From contig CAWFXA010000001.1 in assembly GCA_963819655.1 (NCBI GenBank), forward strand, positions 512,001 to 576,000: a stretch of DNA of 64,000 nt. Direction: 5' to 3'. The notes beneath the pieces were generated by a model. The model was given only the letters and a program-made list of their open reading frames with translations, was not told the DNA's origin and made no database searches. Position numbers and translations under genes: made by a program. Source of the DNA: an uncultured Chloroflexia bacterium. GTDB lineage: Bacteria > Chloroflexota > Limnocylindria > Limnocylindrales > CSP1-4. Positions 41,901 through 50,326 of this stretch are shown here, in pieces. How positions within the stretch are numbered: position 1 is the first letter of the stretch; every line of letters begins with the position of its first letter.

Positions 41901-42684
41901 GGCGCGACTCCACGCGTCGTCCGCGATGGTCGCGTTCTACGGGCCGACCCCGGTCTCCGACGCCATCGCCGTGTGCGAGGGCCTGCTCCGGCTCAGCGAG
42001 GGCGACCGGCGGGCGCAGGCCACGACCCTCGCGGCGCTCGCCCATCTCCGGGCGATGGTCGGCGAGTTCGAGCGCGCGCGTGAAGACTATCGGGTCGGTC
42101 GCGCCACGCTCGAGGAGCTCGGGCTGCTCTTCGACGCACACACGATCTCGATCGATTCAGGGCCGGTCGAGCTGCTCGCGGGCGATCCGGCGGCGGCGGA
42201 GGTCGAGCTCCGCAAGGATTACCAGGCGCTCGATGCGATGGGTGAGCGCAATTACATCTCGACGATCGCGGGTCTCCTGGCAGAGGCCCTCTACCAGCAG
42301 GGCAGGTTCGAGGAAGCCGGGACGTACGCCTCGGTCTGCGAGGATGTCGCGGCCGCCTCCGACGTGTACTCGCAATACCTCTGGCGGGGCATCCGGGGAA
42401 AGCTGCTGGCCCGCGACGGATCCCACGACGAGGGGGTCGAGCTGGCGCGCTCCGGGGTGGTCGAGACGCGTGCGTCCGACGACATCGAAGGGCAGGCGAA
42501 TGCTCTCGTCTTCCTGGCCGAGGCGCAGGCGGCCGCGGGCCGGTTCGAGGACGCAGCCGGGTCCGCGGCGGAGGCGCGCACGCTGTTCGAGCTGAAGGGC
42601 AATGTCGTGTCCGCGGCGCGGATCGACGAGCTCCTGTCGGTCGCGGGCGTCAGCCCGTCGGGTCGAGCGGTCTCCCCGGCCTAG
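38923..42684 (+). CDS. tandem class III adenylate/guanylate cyclase + AAA (STAND) ATPase + TPR protein
   Basis: Two cyclase domains (EKIIGDAV; EKFIGDAV...GDAVNTAARL), Walker A GDAGVGKS, Walker B MIVDDIH, GNPLF, and a helical-repeat C-terminus. Confidence 0.9.
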   Translation: MTTEIRRFATVVNSDLKGSTALGEMLDPESLRELLTRYFDEMRFVYESHGGTIEKIIGDAVVAVFGMTTPRPDDAVRAVEAAAESVAVLNRLNDEFERTWGVRLIARTGVSSGDVVVGEATAGQHVLTGDAMTIATAMEQNAPPLEVLIAEPTYALVRDVVDVEPAPPVTPKGMDMSIGAYRLISVRREGGERDASTPEAAAVGRRGSRESRKTVTLVFADPRPMSITGEPISPEALREVMTSYFDAMRAALARHGATIEKFIGDAVMAVYGLPIRHEDDAIRAVRAAAEMQAALPNLNETFRDRWGVELHNHIGVNTGEVIAGDASTGQRLVTGDAVNTAARLEQAAGPGEIVLGELTYRLARDEIQVEAIAPLTLKGKAEPVRAYRLVGIGAGPTARESTSAPFVGREAEMSRLTSALLGVTTQGRPELLTVVGDAGVGKSRLIREFAATAGRHARIVRGRCLPYGDGITFWPLAEIVRDAAGVVADDALEEAFRKVRDLVDSEGIDPAERAAVAERVAAAIGLAQTQFPVAELFWGARKLLESLARERPLVMIVDDIHAAEPTLLDLLDHIVELAEDAPILLLCSARHELVERHAAWSEAHADQLIVLAPLSDDDTGRMIDEILGRAGLESAVIERIVAAAEGNPLFVEQMVSMLVDNGTLRRDGARWTVTGSANDVVVPPTIHALLAARLDDLGEDERAVVEPASVVGLVFAEAAVEHLIEAARRATVSRDLGSLARKQFVRPDLLDEEEAYRFGHQLIRDTAYGSLLKRERVDLHERFVEWADRMNRQRGRETEFEEILGYHLEQAYRYRTDLGPLDEHGVALGTRASQRLASAGRRALARGDFPAAANLIERAARVLAEEDPDRARLLVSAGEAFMEIGEFGTADAVLVQATAEADALGARPVSITADLVRLQLHLRSESTTSIDDVMQQTLDGIRDLEGSDDANALARAWRLLTLAYGVSGRYGEAGDANEKAIDYARRAGDRVIEARLHASSAMVAFYGPTPVSDAIAVCEGLLRLSEGDRRAQATTLAALAHLRAMVGEFERAREDYRVGRATLEELGLLFDAHTISIDSGPVELLAGDPAAAEVELRKDYQALDAMGERNYISTIAGLLAEALYQQGRFEEAGTYASVCEDVAAASDVYSQYLWRGIRGKLLARDGSHDEGVELARSGVVETRASDDIEGQANALVFLAEAQAAAGRFEDAAGSAAEARTLFELKGNVVSAARIDELLSVAGVSPSGRAVSPA

Positions 42685-43313
42685 GTGCGCGGGACCGGGC
42701 GCATCGGATAGACACCCACGACGATCGGCGCGAGCGGGTCGAACGAGAGCTCATAGCCGATCTCGCCACCGCGTAGCAGCTCGCCGAGGAGCGATCCCTC
42801 GCGGGACGGCAGGCCGACGTACACGCGCCCGCCCTCGAGCTCGACCTGGGTCACGTCGTCATCCGTGCCGTCGATCGCGAAACGGCGCCGGAGCTCGTGC
42901 ATCGGCACGTACGGGCGGCTCTTGATGAACCGCCGCAGCTGGGGCGCCGTGCAGCCGTTCGGTCGGTCGTTGCGTGGCTCGGTCTCGGCCGCGCCATTCC
43001 CGTTGACGTGGATCGCCGGTATGGGCGCGTGGCCGCCCGAGCCGTTCGTCGCGACGGGAGCCGTCGCGGGCGGTGGCGAGTCAGGCGGCGGGCCTGGCTG
43101 CGTGGCAGACACGTGCTGGACCGGGGCGACCGGGGCGACCGGTCGTTCGGCGGCGGCTTCAGGGCTGGTCGAGCGCGGCGCTGCCGTACCCGGATCGGAC
43201 GGCGCGGTCTCGATCGGTGCGGGTGCGACCGGCCGATTGGCGGTCGCGTCGGGACGTGGTCCGTCGTTGCGGTGCCGGCCGTGGTGCGGTCGGCCGTGGT
43301 GGCGTCTGCTCAT
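42681..43313 (-). CDS. hypothetical protein with a disordered Pro-rich N-terminus and a compact C-terminal domain
   Basis: C-terminal CTAPQLRRFIKSRPYVPMHELRRRFAI...IVVGVYPMRP looks globular; codon usage is coding-like. Confidence 0.6.
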   Translation of the reverse strand: MSRRHHGRPHHGRHRNDGPRPDATANRPVAPAPIETAPSDPGTAAPRSTSPEAAAERPVAPVAPVQHVSATQPGPPPDSPPPATAPVATNGSGGHAPIPAIHVNGNGAAETEPRNDRPNGCTAPQLRRFIKSRPYVPMHELRRRFAIDGTDDDVTQVELEGGRVYVGLPSREGSLLGELLRGGEIGYELSFDPLAPIVVGVYPMRPVPRT

Positions 43314-43472
43314 CGGCTGCACCGATGGCGGCCGGTCCCCCGGCGATCATGCTCGGCGACGGGTCGTCGCCGTCGGAAGGTGGGCATCGAGTCTCGATCA
43401 GTGGGCGGCGGCCGCTCGGATACGACCGTCGGCCGATGATACCCCAGGGCGCCGCTCGACTCCCGCGGTGTC

Positions 43473-43525
43473 GCTCGGCCCGGGCGACCGCTCAGCCCAG
43501 GACGACCGCTCAGCCCGGGACGACC
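43473..43525. repeat. imperfect 17-18 bp triple tandem repeat at the 3' end of the Xaa-Pro peptidase gene
   Basis: GCTCGGCCCGGGCGACC / GCTCAGCCCAGGACGACC / GCTCAGCCCGGGACGACC. Confidence 0.7.
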
Positions 43526-44655
43526 GCCAGTTCGCGCGGTGCCTCGTTGAGCACGATCGGGCCATCCTCGCCGCACACGACGATGTCCTCGATGCGCGCC
43601 CCGTACTCACCGGCGTAGTAGATCCCAGGCTCCACGCTGAACGCCATGCCGGCGGCGAGTGGCATGTCGTTGCCGGCGACGAGGTACGGATCCTCGTGTC
43701 CGTCGAGGCCGATGCCGTGGCCTGTCCGGTGGAAGAACGCCTCACCGTGGCCGGCCGCGTCGATCACCGAGCGGGCGGCCTCGTCGACCTCCTCGCAGGC
43801 GACACCCGGTCGGACAGCCCGCGTCCCGCTGGCCTGCGCCTCGTACAGGACCTCGAACAGATCCCGGAATCGCTCGTCCGGACCCGCTGTCGCGTCTCCG
43901 CCGTTGACCCACAGCGTCCGGGTGATGTCCGAACCGTAGCCGCCGAGCGTGCCGCCGATATCGAGGACGATCGGCTCACCCGGCCCGATGACGCGGTCCG
44001 ACGCCTCGTGGTGCGGTGACGCGGAGTTCGGGCCCGAGGCGACGATCGCGAACTGGGCCGTCTGGTGCCCTTCCTCGATGAGTGCGTCACGGACCTCGCG
44101 TGCCACGTCGGCCTCGGTACGGCCCGCGAGCCGGCCGGCCGCGATCCGCTCGACGACGCGGTCGGCGGCGCGGGCGGCCGCGGTCAGCAGTGCGACCTCG
44201 TCCGCGTCCTTGATCATGCGCAGGTCGCGCAGGACCGTCGAAGCGAGTGAATAGGTCGCCGACCGGCCGACGGCCGCCTGGAGGCGGAGCAGGTGCATCG
44301 CCAGCATCGTGTCCGACACGGCCACACGCCCGGTCGCCGGGATGCCGGCGACACCGATCCTGTAGGGATCGTCCGTTTCCTCCCAGGTCACGATCCTGAC
44401 CGGTGTCCGCAGTCCGTCCTCCGCAGCGCCACGTTCGAGGCGCGGGACGACGATGACGGGCTCCGCGCCGGGGCGAAGGATCAGCATCGTCAACCGCTCG
44501 AGCGGCATCGCCTCGTACCCCGTGAGGTAGCGCATGTCGGACCCGACGCCGACGAGCAGCGCGTCCAGCCCGGCCGCCTCCGTGGCCGCGACTGCCCTGG
44601 CCAGCCGGTCCGTGAAGCGCTCCTCGGGGATGCTCAGCCGGTCGGCCAGCGTCAC
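43510..44655 (-). CDS. Xaa-Pro peptidase (M24 family)
   Basis: SPHH, DIGG...YGSDITRT, HRTGHGIG..HEDP, EPGIY and GARIED motifs; GTG start in a GTGA overlap. Confidence 0.88.
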   Translation of the reverse strand: MTLADRLSIPEERFTDRLARAVAATEAAGLDALLVGVGSDMRYLTGYEAMPLERLTMLILRPGAEPVIVVPRLERGAAEDGLRTPVRIVTWEETDDPYRIGVAGIPATGRVAVSDTMLAMHLLRLQAAVGRSATYSLASTVLRDLRMIKDADEVALLTAAARAADRVVERIAAGRLAGRTEADVAREVRDALIEEGHQTAQFAIVASGPNSASPHHEASDRVIGPGEPIVLDIGGTLGGYGSDITRTLWVNGGDATAGPDERFRDLFEVLYEAQASGTRAVRPGVACEEVDEAARSVIDAAGHGEAFFHRTGHGIGLDGHEDPYLVAGNDMPLAAGMAFSVEPGIYYAGEYGARIEDIVVCGEDGPIVLNEAPRELAVVPG

Positions 44656-45027
44656 GTGTTGCGTCCGGGCCACCTGGCCCCGCTCCACGAATGCCGCGAT
44701 CGTGGCCGGGCCGTCCTCGAACAGCTTGCGGTAGGCGTACACACGTTCCGCCCCACGGGCGAGGGCACGCTTGCGCAGCTCGTGGTCGTCGTGCTGGCCG
44801 ACTGCCACCACCCGCGCTCCGGCCGACCGAGCCCGCTCGATCGCCACCAGCGGGTCGTACGCGCGCGCCGTCATGTCGACGATCGCGAGGTCCGCGTCGA
44901 GCAGGGCTTGGTCGAACTCCGGCGCGGTCTTGGCGCGGATGGGCACGCCACCGGCGGCCTGCACAGCTCGGGCCAGTCGATCCGACCAGATCAGGTCCTG
45001 GGCGAGGATCGCGATCCGCGAGGCCAC
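44652..45027 (-). CDS. receiver-like small protein (appears fused to the peptidase, probably by a 1-nt insertion)
   Basis: IAILAQDLIWSDRL...LAIVDM...VVAVGQH, a (beta/alpha)5-like pattern. Length to the GTGA overlap is 3n+1. Confidence 0.6.
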
Positions 45028-45034
45028 GAGCCGG

Positions 45035-45535
45035 TCAGTCGATGGTCTGGGCGAGGTGGTGGAAGATGTCGCGCGCGGTCACCACGCCCGTGGGGCGGCC
45101 GTCCTCGACGATCGGGATGTGGCGGAAACCACCGACCGCCATCTTGTGGATCGCGACCGCGATCGGGTCGTCGTGCCGGAGCACCACCGGATCCGGCGTC
45201 ATGAAATCGCGCACATGGAACGACGACAGCTGTTTGCCGGCGGCCTTCACGACGGCGTCGCGATCGGTGAAGATCCCGACCAGCCGGTCGCCGGCCATGA
45301 CCAGGACGCAATCGGTCTCGGCCTCGTACATGCGGGCGATCGCTACGTCGATCGGCGTGTCCGCGGTGACCGAGATCGGCGGGGGCGCGCCGAGCTCGTC
45401 GAGGTGCTCCCCGAGGAGCTGACCCTTGAACGCCGGGGCCTGCGTGGGTGTGTCGTGGCCGAAGATGTCGGCCCCGCAGTTGTCGCAGATGTCGGCGCCG
45501 CTGAGATTGACGAAGCCGCACACGGGACAGCGCAT
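45035..45535 (-). CDS. zinc-ribbon + CBS-pair protein
   Basis: MRCPVCG...CDNCG followed by LVGIFTDRD and FRHIPIV CBS motifs. Confidence 0.82.
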   Translation of the reverse strand: MRCPVCGFVNLSGADICDNCGADIFGHDTPTQAPAFKGQLLGEHLDELGAPPPISVTADTPIDVAIARMYEAETDCVLVMAGDRLVGIFTDRDAVVKAAGKQLSSFHVRDFMTPDPVVLRHDDPIAVAIHKMAVGGFRHIPIVEDGRPTGVVTARDIFHHLAQTID

Positions 45536-45588
45536 CCCGTCGTCGGCGCCCTCCTGACCGGCGACGATGCCGTCGTCGCCACCGGCCA

Positions 45589-46767
45589 CTATTCGACCGT
45601 CCACGTCTCACCGCCGTTCAGCACGCGCGCGAGGTCGCCCTCGCCGGATCGGGCCACGGCAGCCGCCAGCTGCTCGTCGATGAGCCGATCGTGGGTCGGC
45701 CGGATCGTCGCGCGCAGGACACCGACCGGGACCGGGAAGTCAGGCCAGAACATGCGTGACAGGACGAGCGCCAGGTAGGGATCGTCGGCTGCCTCGTCGT
45801 GCACGAGCAGGTCCGCTTCCGTCACGCCGTCCTGGCCGATCGTCACGACCTCGGGGTGGAGACCGCGCAGCCGGATGCCCTTGTCGCGGTCCTTGCCGAA
45901 GATCATCGGCTTGCCGTGCTCGAGGACGAGCATGCGGTCCTCGCGCACCTCGCGGTCGGTGAAGTCCCGCCACGCACCGTCGTTGAAGATGTTGCAGTTC
46001 TGGAGGACCTCGACGAAGGAGCTGCCCTTGTGGCGGCCCGCCCGCTCGAGCGTGTGCTGGAGGTGCTCGGTGTGGGTATCGACCGAGCGCGCCACGAACG
46101 AGGCCTCGGACGCCAGCGCGAGGGTCAACGGCATGATCGGCGTGTCGATCGTGCCCATCGGGGTCGACTTGGTCCTTTTGCCGAATTCCGATGTCGGTGA
46201 CGCCTGGCCCTTGGTCAGACCGTAGATCCGGTTGTTGAACATCACGAGGGTGATGTCGACGTTGCGGCGCATCGAATGGATGACGTGGTTGCCGCCGATC
46301 GACAGCGCGTCGCCATCGCCCGTGATGACCCAGACCATGAGGTCGGGCCGAGCTGCCTTGAGCCCGGTCGCGAGCGTCGGCGCGCGGCCGTGGATCGTGT
46401 GGAACCCGAACGTGTTCATGTAGTACGGCAGCCGGCCCGAGCAGCCGATGCCGGAGATGAAGACGATGTCCTCCTTCTTGTAGCCGAAGTCGGGCATCAT
46501 CTTCTGGGTCTGCGCGAGGATCGAATAGTCCCCGCAGCCAGGGCACCAGCGGACCTCCTGGTCGGACACGAAGTCCTTGCGGGTCAGCGCGATGACCTGT
46601 GCGTTCTCGGGGCTAAGTGTCTGCGAGAGTCCCTCCGAGGGCCGAGGTGAAGCGCCCGCGGGCCCTCGGCCCGAGGATTCCGCGCCGTTGCCGTCGACGG
46701 TCGCTCCGGCGCCGTTCGTTCCGCCGTTCGTGCCGGCGCCGTTCGTACCCATGGTCTCCTCGGTCAT
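45589..46767 (-). CDS. korB: 2-oxoacid:ferredoxin oxidoreductase beta subunit
   Basis: WCPGCGD, SGIGCS, GDGDALSIG and YGLTKGQASPT motifs. Confidence 0.92.
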   Translation of the reverse strand: MTEETMGTNGAGTNGGTNGAGATVDGNGAESSGRGPAGASPRPSEGLSQTLSPENAQVIALTRKDFVSDQEVRWCPGCGDYSILAQTQKMMPDFGYKKEDIVFISGIGCSGRLPYYMNTFGFHTIHGRAPTLATGLKAARPDLMVWVITGDGDALSIGGNHVIHSMRRNVDITLVMFNNRIYGLTKGQASPTSEFGKRTKSTPMGTIDTPIMPLTLALASEASFVARSVDTHTEHLQHTLERAGRHKGSSFVEVLQNCNIFNDGAWRDFTDREVREDRMLVLEHGKPMIFGKDRDKGIRLRGLHPEVVTIGQDGVTEADLLVHDEAADDPYLALVLSRMFWPDFPVPVGVLRATIRPTHDRLIDEQLAAAVARSGEGDLARVLNGGETWTVE

Positions 46768-48623
46768 GCCGGCACTCCCATGATCCTCTCCGCCTCCTCC
46801 ACGATCTCGACGATCCGGAAGGGCTTGCCACGCACGCGGTCGTAGCCGATCGCATCGACGAGGTAGCGGGCCCGGACGAGCAGCAGCAGCTGGCCGAGGT
46901 TCACCTCCGGGATGAGGACCTTGCCATAGCTCCGCAGGACCGCCTCGGTGTTCGCCGGGAACGGGTTGAGGTGGCGGATGTGGGCGTGCGCCACGGAGCG
47001 CCCATCGGCCTGCAGGCGCTCGACCGCCGAGCGGATGGCGCCGTACGTCGAGCCCCAGCCGAGGATGAGCAGATCTCCCTCGGCTGGGCCGAACACCTCG
47101 AGCGGCGGGATGTCCGTCGCGATCCCGGCGACCTTGGCCTGCCGGAGCACCTGCATCCGGTGGTGGTTGTCCGGGTCGTAGCTGACGTTGCCTGTGATAT
47201 CCGCCTTCTCGAGCCCGCCGATCCGGTGCTCGAGCCCAGCGGTCCCCGGCACGGCCCACGGGCGGGCCAGCGTGTCCGGGTCGCGCAGGTACGGCTGGAA
47301 CGGGTCATCGCCCTTGACGGCGTTGGGGACCGCGATCGACGGCAGGTCGGCGATGGACGGGATGCGCCAGGGCTCGGAACCCGTCGCGAGGAACGCATCG
47401 GACAGGTAGACGACCGGTGTCATGTACTTGAGGGCGAGCCGCGCTGCCTCGATGGCGTAATCGAAGCACTCGCCCGGCGTCGCCGGCGCGACGACCGGCA
47501 GCGGCGAGTCGGAGTTCCGCCCGAACATGACCTGAAGCAGGTCGGCCTGCTCGTTCTTGGTCGGCATCCCGGTCGACGGTCCGGCGCGCTGGACATCGAT
47601 GAGGACCAGCGGCAGCTCGACCATCACCGCCAGGCCGAGAGCCTCGCTCTTGAGGGCGATGCCGGGACCCGAGCTTGCCGTCAGCCCGAGCGCACCGCCG
47701 TAGCTCGCGCCGATCGCGGCGCCGATGGCCGCGATCTCGTCTTCGGCCTGGAACGTCTTGACTCCGAACGACTTGTAGCCCGACAGCTGGTGGAGGATGT
47801 CCGAGGCCGGGGTGATCGGATACGAGCCGTAGAACAGCTGGCGGTCGGCCAGCTTCGAGGCGGCCAGGAAGCCAAGCGCGGTCGCCTCGTTGCCGGTGAT
47901 GTTCCGGTACGTGCCCGGCGGCAGCTTCGCGGGGCGGACGCGGTAGTGCGTGTGGAACATCTCGGTCGTCTCGCCGTAGGCGTAGCCGGCCTTGAGCGCG
48001 CGCTTGTTCGCCTCGGCGATGACCGGGCGGGCGGAGAACTTCGAGTCGATCCAGTGCAGTGTCCCGTCCATGCTCCGCTCGTACAGCCAGAACATCAGGC
48101 CCAGGGCGAAGAAGTTCTTGGTCAGGTCCTTCTGCTTACTGGTCATCTCGAGCCCGTCGAGCGAACGTTCGTTGAGCGACGAGATCGGGATCTCGAAGGT
48201 CGTGAAGGCCTTGAGGGAGCCGTCGGACAAGGGGTTCGCGGCATAGGCCGCCTTGTTGAGATTGGCCTGCGTGAACGCGTCGCTGTTGACGATCAGAGCG
48301 CCGCCCGGCGGCAGGTCGCCGATGTTCGTCTTGAGCGCCGCAGGGTTCATCGCAACGAGGACGTCCGGCTGATCGCCCGGTGTGTGGATGTCTGTCGAGC
48401 TGAAGCTGATCTGGAACCCGCTGACACCGGGCAGCGACCCCGCCGGCGCGCGGATCTCGGCCGGGAAGTCGGGCAATGTGCTGATGTCGTTGCCGAACAC
48501 GGCAGCTGTGCGCGTGAACTGGGTTCCGGTCAGCTGCATGCCGTCGCCGGAATCGCCCGCGAACCGGATCGTGACCCGTTCGAGCTCCTGGATCGGGAGC
48601 TCCTGCTCCGTGGTCGTCGTCAT
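46764..48623 (-). CDS. korA: 2-oxoacid:ferredoxin oxidoreductase alpha subunit
   Basis: FAGDSGDGMQLTG, YPITPAS, QAEDEIAA and QRAGPSTGMPT motifs. Confidence 0.92.
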   Translation of the reverse strand: MTTTTEQELPIQELERVTIRFAGDSGDGMQLTGTQFTRTAAVFGNDISTLPDFPAEIRAPAGSLPGVSGFQISFSSTDIHTPGDQPDVLVAMNPAALKTNIGDLPPGGALIVNSDAFTQANLNKAAYAANPLSDGSLKAFTTFEIPISSLNERSLDGLEMTSKQKDLTKNFFALGLMFWLYERSMDGTLHWIDSKFSARPVIAEANKRALKAGYAYGETTEMFHTHYRVRPAKLPPGTYRNITGNEATALGFLAASKLADRQLFYGSYPITPASDILHQLSGYKSFGVKTFQAEDEIAAIGAAIGASYGGALGLTASSGPGIALKSEALGLAVMVELPLVLIDVQRAGPSTGMPTKNEQADLLQVMFGRNSDSPLPVVAPATPGECFDYAIEAARLALKYMTPVVYLSDAFLATGSEPWRIPSIADLPSIAVPNAVKGDDPFQPYLRDPDTLARPWAVPGTAGLEHRIGGLEKADITGNVSYDPDNHHRMQVLRQAKVAGIATDIPPLEVFGPAEGDLLILGWGSTYGAIRSAVERLQADGRSVAHAHIRHLNPFPANTEAVLRSYGKVLIPEVNLGQLLLLVRARYLVDAIGYDRVRGKPFRIVEIVEEAERIMGVPA

Positions 48624-49120
48624 CCGCCTTCGGGCTGCCTCATGCGCTGGTGCGGACGCGGTGGAAGGTTGAGCAGCTCCTCCGGGAACGACTCGGCGAG
48701 GTACTTGATGATGTCGACCTGGCGGACGACACCGACCAGGCGGCGATCCTCGTCGACGATCGGCACGTTGCGGTATCGCCCGGTCTGCATCAGCTCGATC
48801 GCGTCGCGGATGGTCCCCTCGAGATCCAGCGTGCGCGGCTCCGTCGTCATCAGCGTCTCGACCGGCTGCGCCAGATCGACATGGCCGACGACGATGCGCG
48901 CGAAGATGTCGCGCTCGGTCAGCACGCCGACGAGCCGCCCCGACGGCTCGCACACGAAGACCGAATCGCCGGTCCCGGTCCGCTGGATGGCGCGCAGGCA
49001 CTCAGCGAGGCTCGTGCCGGGCGGCACGGTCACGGGCTGTCGGCGGCTCAGGACGCGCAGGCGCTCGTCGGTCAGGGTTGGGACGCGACGGGCGACCGCG
49101 CCCTCGGTGAGGTCGGTCAC
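48620..49120 (-). CDS. CBS-pair protein
   Basis: LVGVLTERD and YRNVPIVD motifs; TACACT 6 nt before GTG 49120; stop overlaps the korA ATG. Confidence 0.82.
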   Translation of the reverse strand: MTDLTEGAVARRVPTLTDERLRVLSRRQPVTVPPGTSLAECLRAIQRTGTGDSVFVCEPSGRLVGVLTERDIFARIVVGHVDLAQPVETLMTTEPRTLDLEGTIRDAIELMQTGRYRNVPIVDEDRRLVGVVRQVDIIKYLAESFPEELLNLPPRPHQRMRQPEGG

Positions 49121-49178
49121 GCTCGAAGTGTAGTCCGTACCCGCCCGCGATGAGTCCGGGCTGATAGCCTCCGGCGCG

Positions 49179-50162
49179 ATGGATCGACGCACCGCCCTGG
49201 GCATCGGTTTGGTGGTGGTCTCGGCCATCGGATACGGGTCGGGATCGGTGCTCGCGCAACCGATCTACGCGACCGGCATCGACTGGCTGACGCTCGTCGG
49301 ATGGCGCTTCCTGTTCGGTGCTGCGCTCGGTTGGATGTGGGTCCTGGCGTCGAGCGAACGACGGGCGGCTGCTCGGCGCATGCCGCGTCGCCAGGTAGCC
49401 GTGGCACTCGGCTTGGGAGCTTTGTTCACTGGCAATGCCGGGACGTACTACGCCGGCCTGGAGACGGTCCCGGCCGCGCTCGCCGGCGTGCTTGTCTACA
49501 CCTACCCGGTCTTCGTCGCGGTGCTCTCGCTGCGGTTCGCCACCCGCCTGCCCGGGCGGCGGCCGTGGGTCGCGCTCGGGCTGGCCGTGGTCGGGTCGGC
49601 TCTGGCGCTGGGCGGGATCGACGTCGCCAGCGCACCCCCGGCGTCCGGCCTGATCCTCGTCTGGGCGTCGGCCCTGATCTACTCGGTCTGGATCATCCTG
49701 TCGGCGCGGCTGTCGGGCGAGCGCCGCGATCGGCTCGGGAGCGATGCGCCGCCGGGGACCGAGCCGGCGGGCGACGCCGCAGTCACGACGGCGTTGATGA
49801 TGAGCGCGACGGCGGCCGTCTATGGGATCGCCGCGCTGGCGGTCGGGCGTCCGCTGGATCCGCGGACGGTGCCGGCGGAGGCCTGGCCGCTGCTCGCGGC
49901 TGTGGGTCTCGTCGCCTCGTTCCTCGCGATCCAGACCTTCTATGCCGGGGCTCGGCGCATCGGCGCGGCCAAGGCGGCATTGGTGGCGACCGTCGAGCCG
50001 CCGATCATCGTCGTGCTCGCTTGGCTCGTGCTGGGCCAGACGCTCGCGCCGATCCAGCTGGCCGGTGCCGCGCTGATCGTGATCGCCGTGGTCGTGGCGC
50101 AGACCTCGCCACGTCCGCGTGGCGCCCCGGAACCGGCGACGCCGCTCGAGGCGGAGGTGTAG
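49179..50162 (+). CDS. EamA/DMT family transporter
   Basis: About 10 TM helices; YTYPVFV and VEPP...LGQ motifs. Confidence 0.85.
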   Translation: MDRRTALGIGLVVVSAIGYGSGSVLAQPIYATGIDWLTLVGWRFLFGAALGWMWVLASSERRAAARRMPRRQVAVALGLGALFTGNAGTYYAGLETVPAALAGVLVYTYPVFVAVLSLRFATRLPGRRPWVALGLAVVGSALALGGIDVASAPPASGLILVWASALIYSVWIILSARLSGERRDRLGSDAPPGTEPAGDAAVTTALMMSATAAVYGIAALAVGRPLDPRTVPAEAWPLLAAVGLVASFLAIQTFYAGARRIGAAKAALVATVEPPIIVVLAWLVLGQTLAPIQLAGAALIVIAVVVAQTSPRPRGAPEPATPLEAEV

Positions 50163-50326
50163 AGGGAACTGCGAGTTCCTGATCGCCTGATGAACGTGTA
50201 GAGCTGGTCGTCCCGATCGACAGGAATCGTTGTCTGGGTAGATCAGCCCCGAAGACTCATGGCCGGTCGCGGAACCAGCAGTTCCAGATAAGTCGCCGGT
50301 GAGGGCCATCTGGTGTAGTCCCCACG

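Noticed and set aside
43510-45027. Novel receiver-domain/Xaa-Pro peptidase fusion (505-aa track ORF)
   Set aside because: A GTGA overlap at 44652-44655 and a 3n+1 upstream length point to a 1-nt insertion artefact.
50165-50285. LexA boxes upstream of the XRE-nuclease gene
   Set aside because: The spacing is GAAC-N5-GTTC, not the GAAC-N4-GTTC of the Gram-positive/Chloroflexota-type SOS box.
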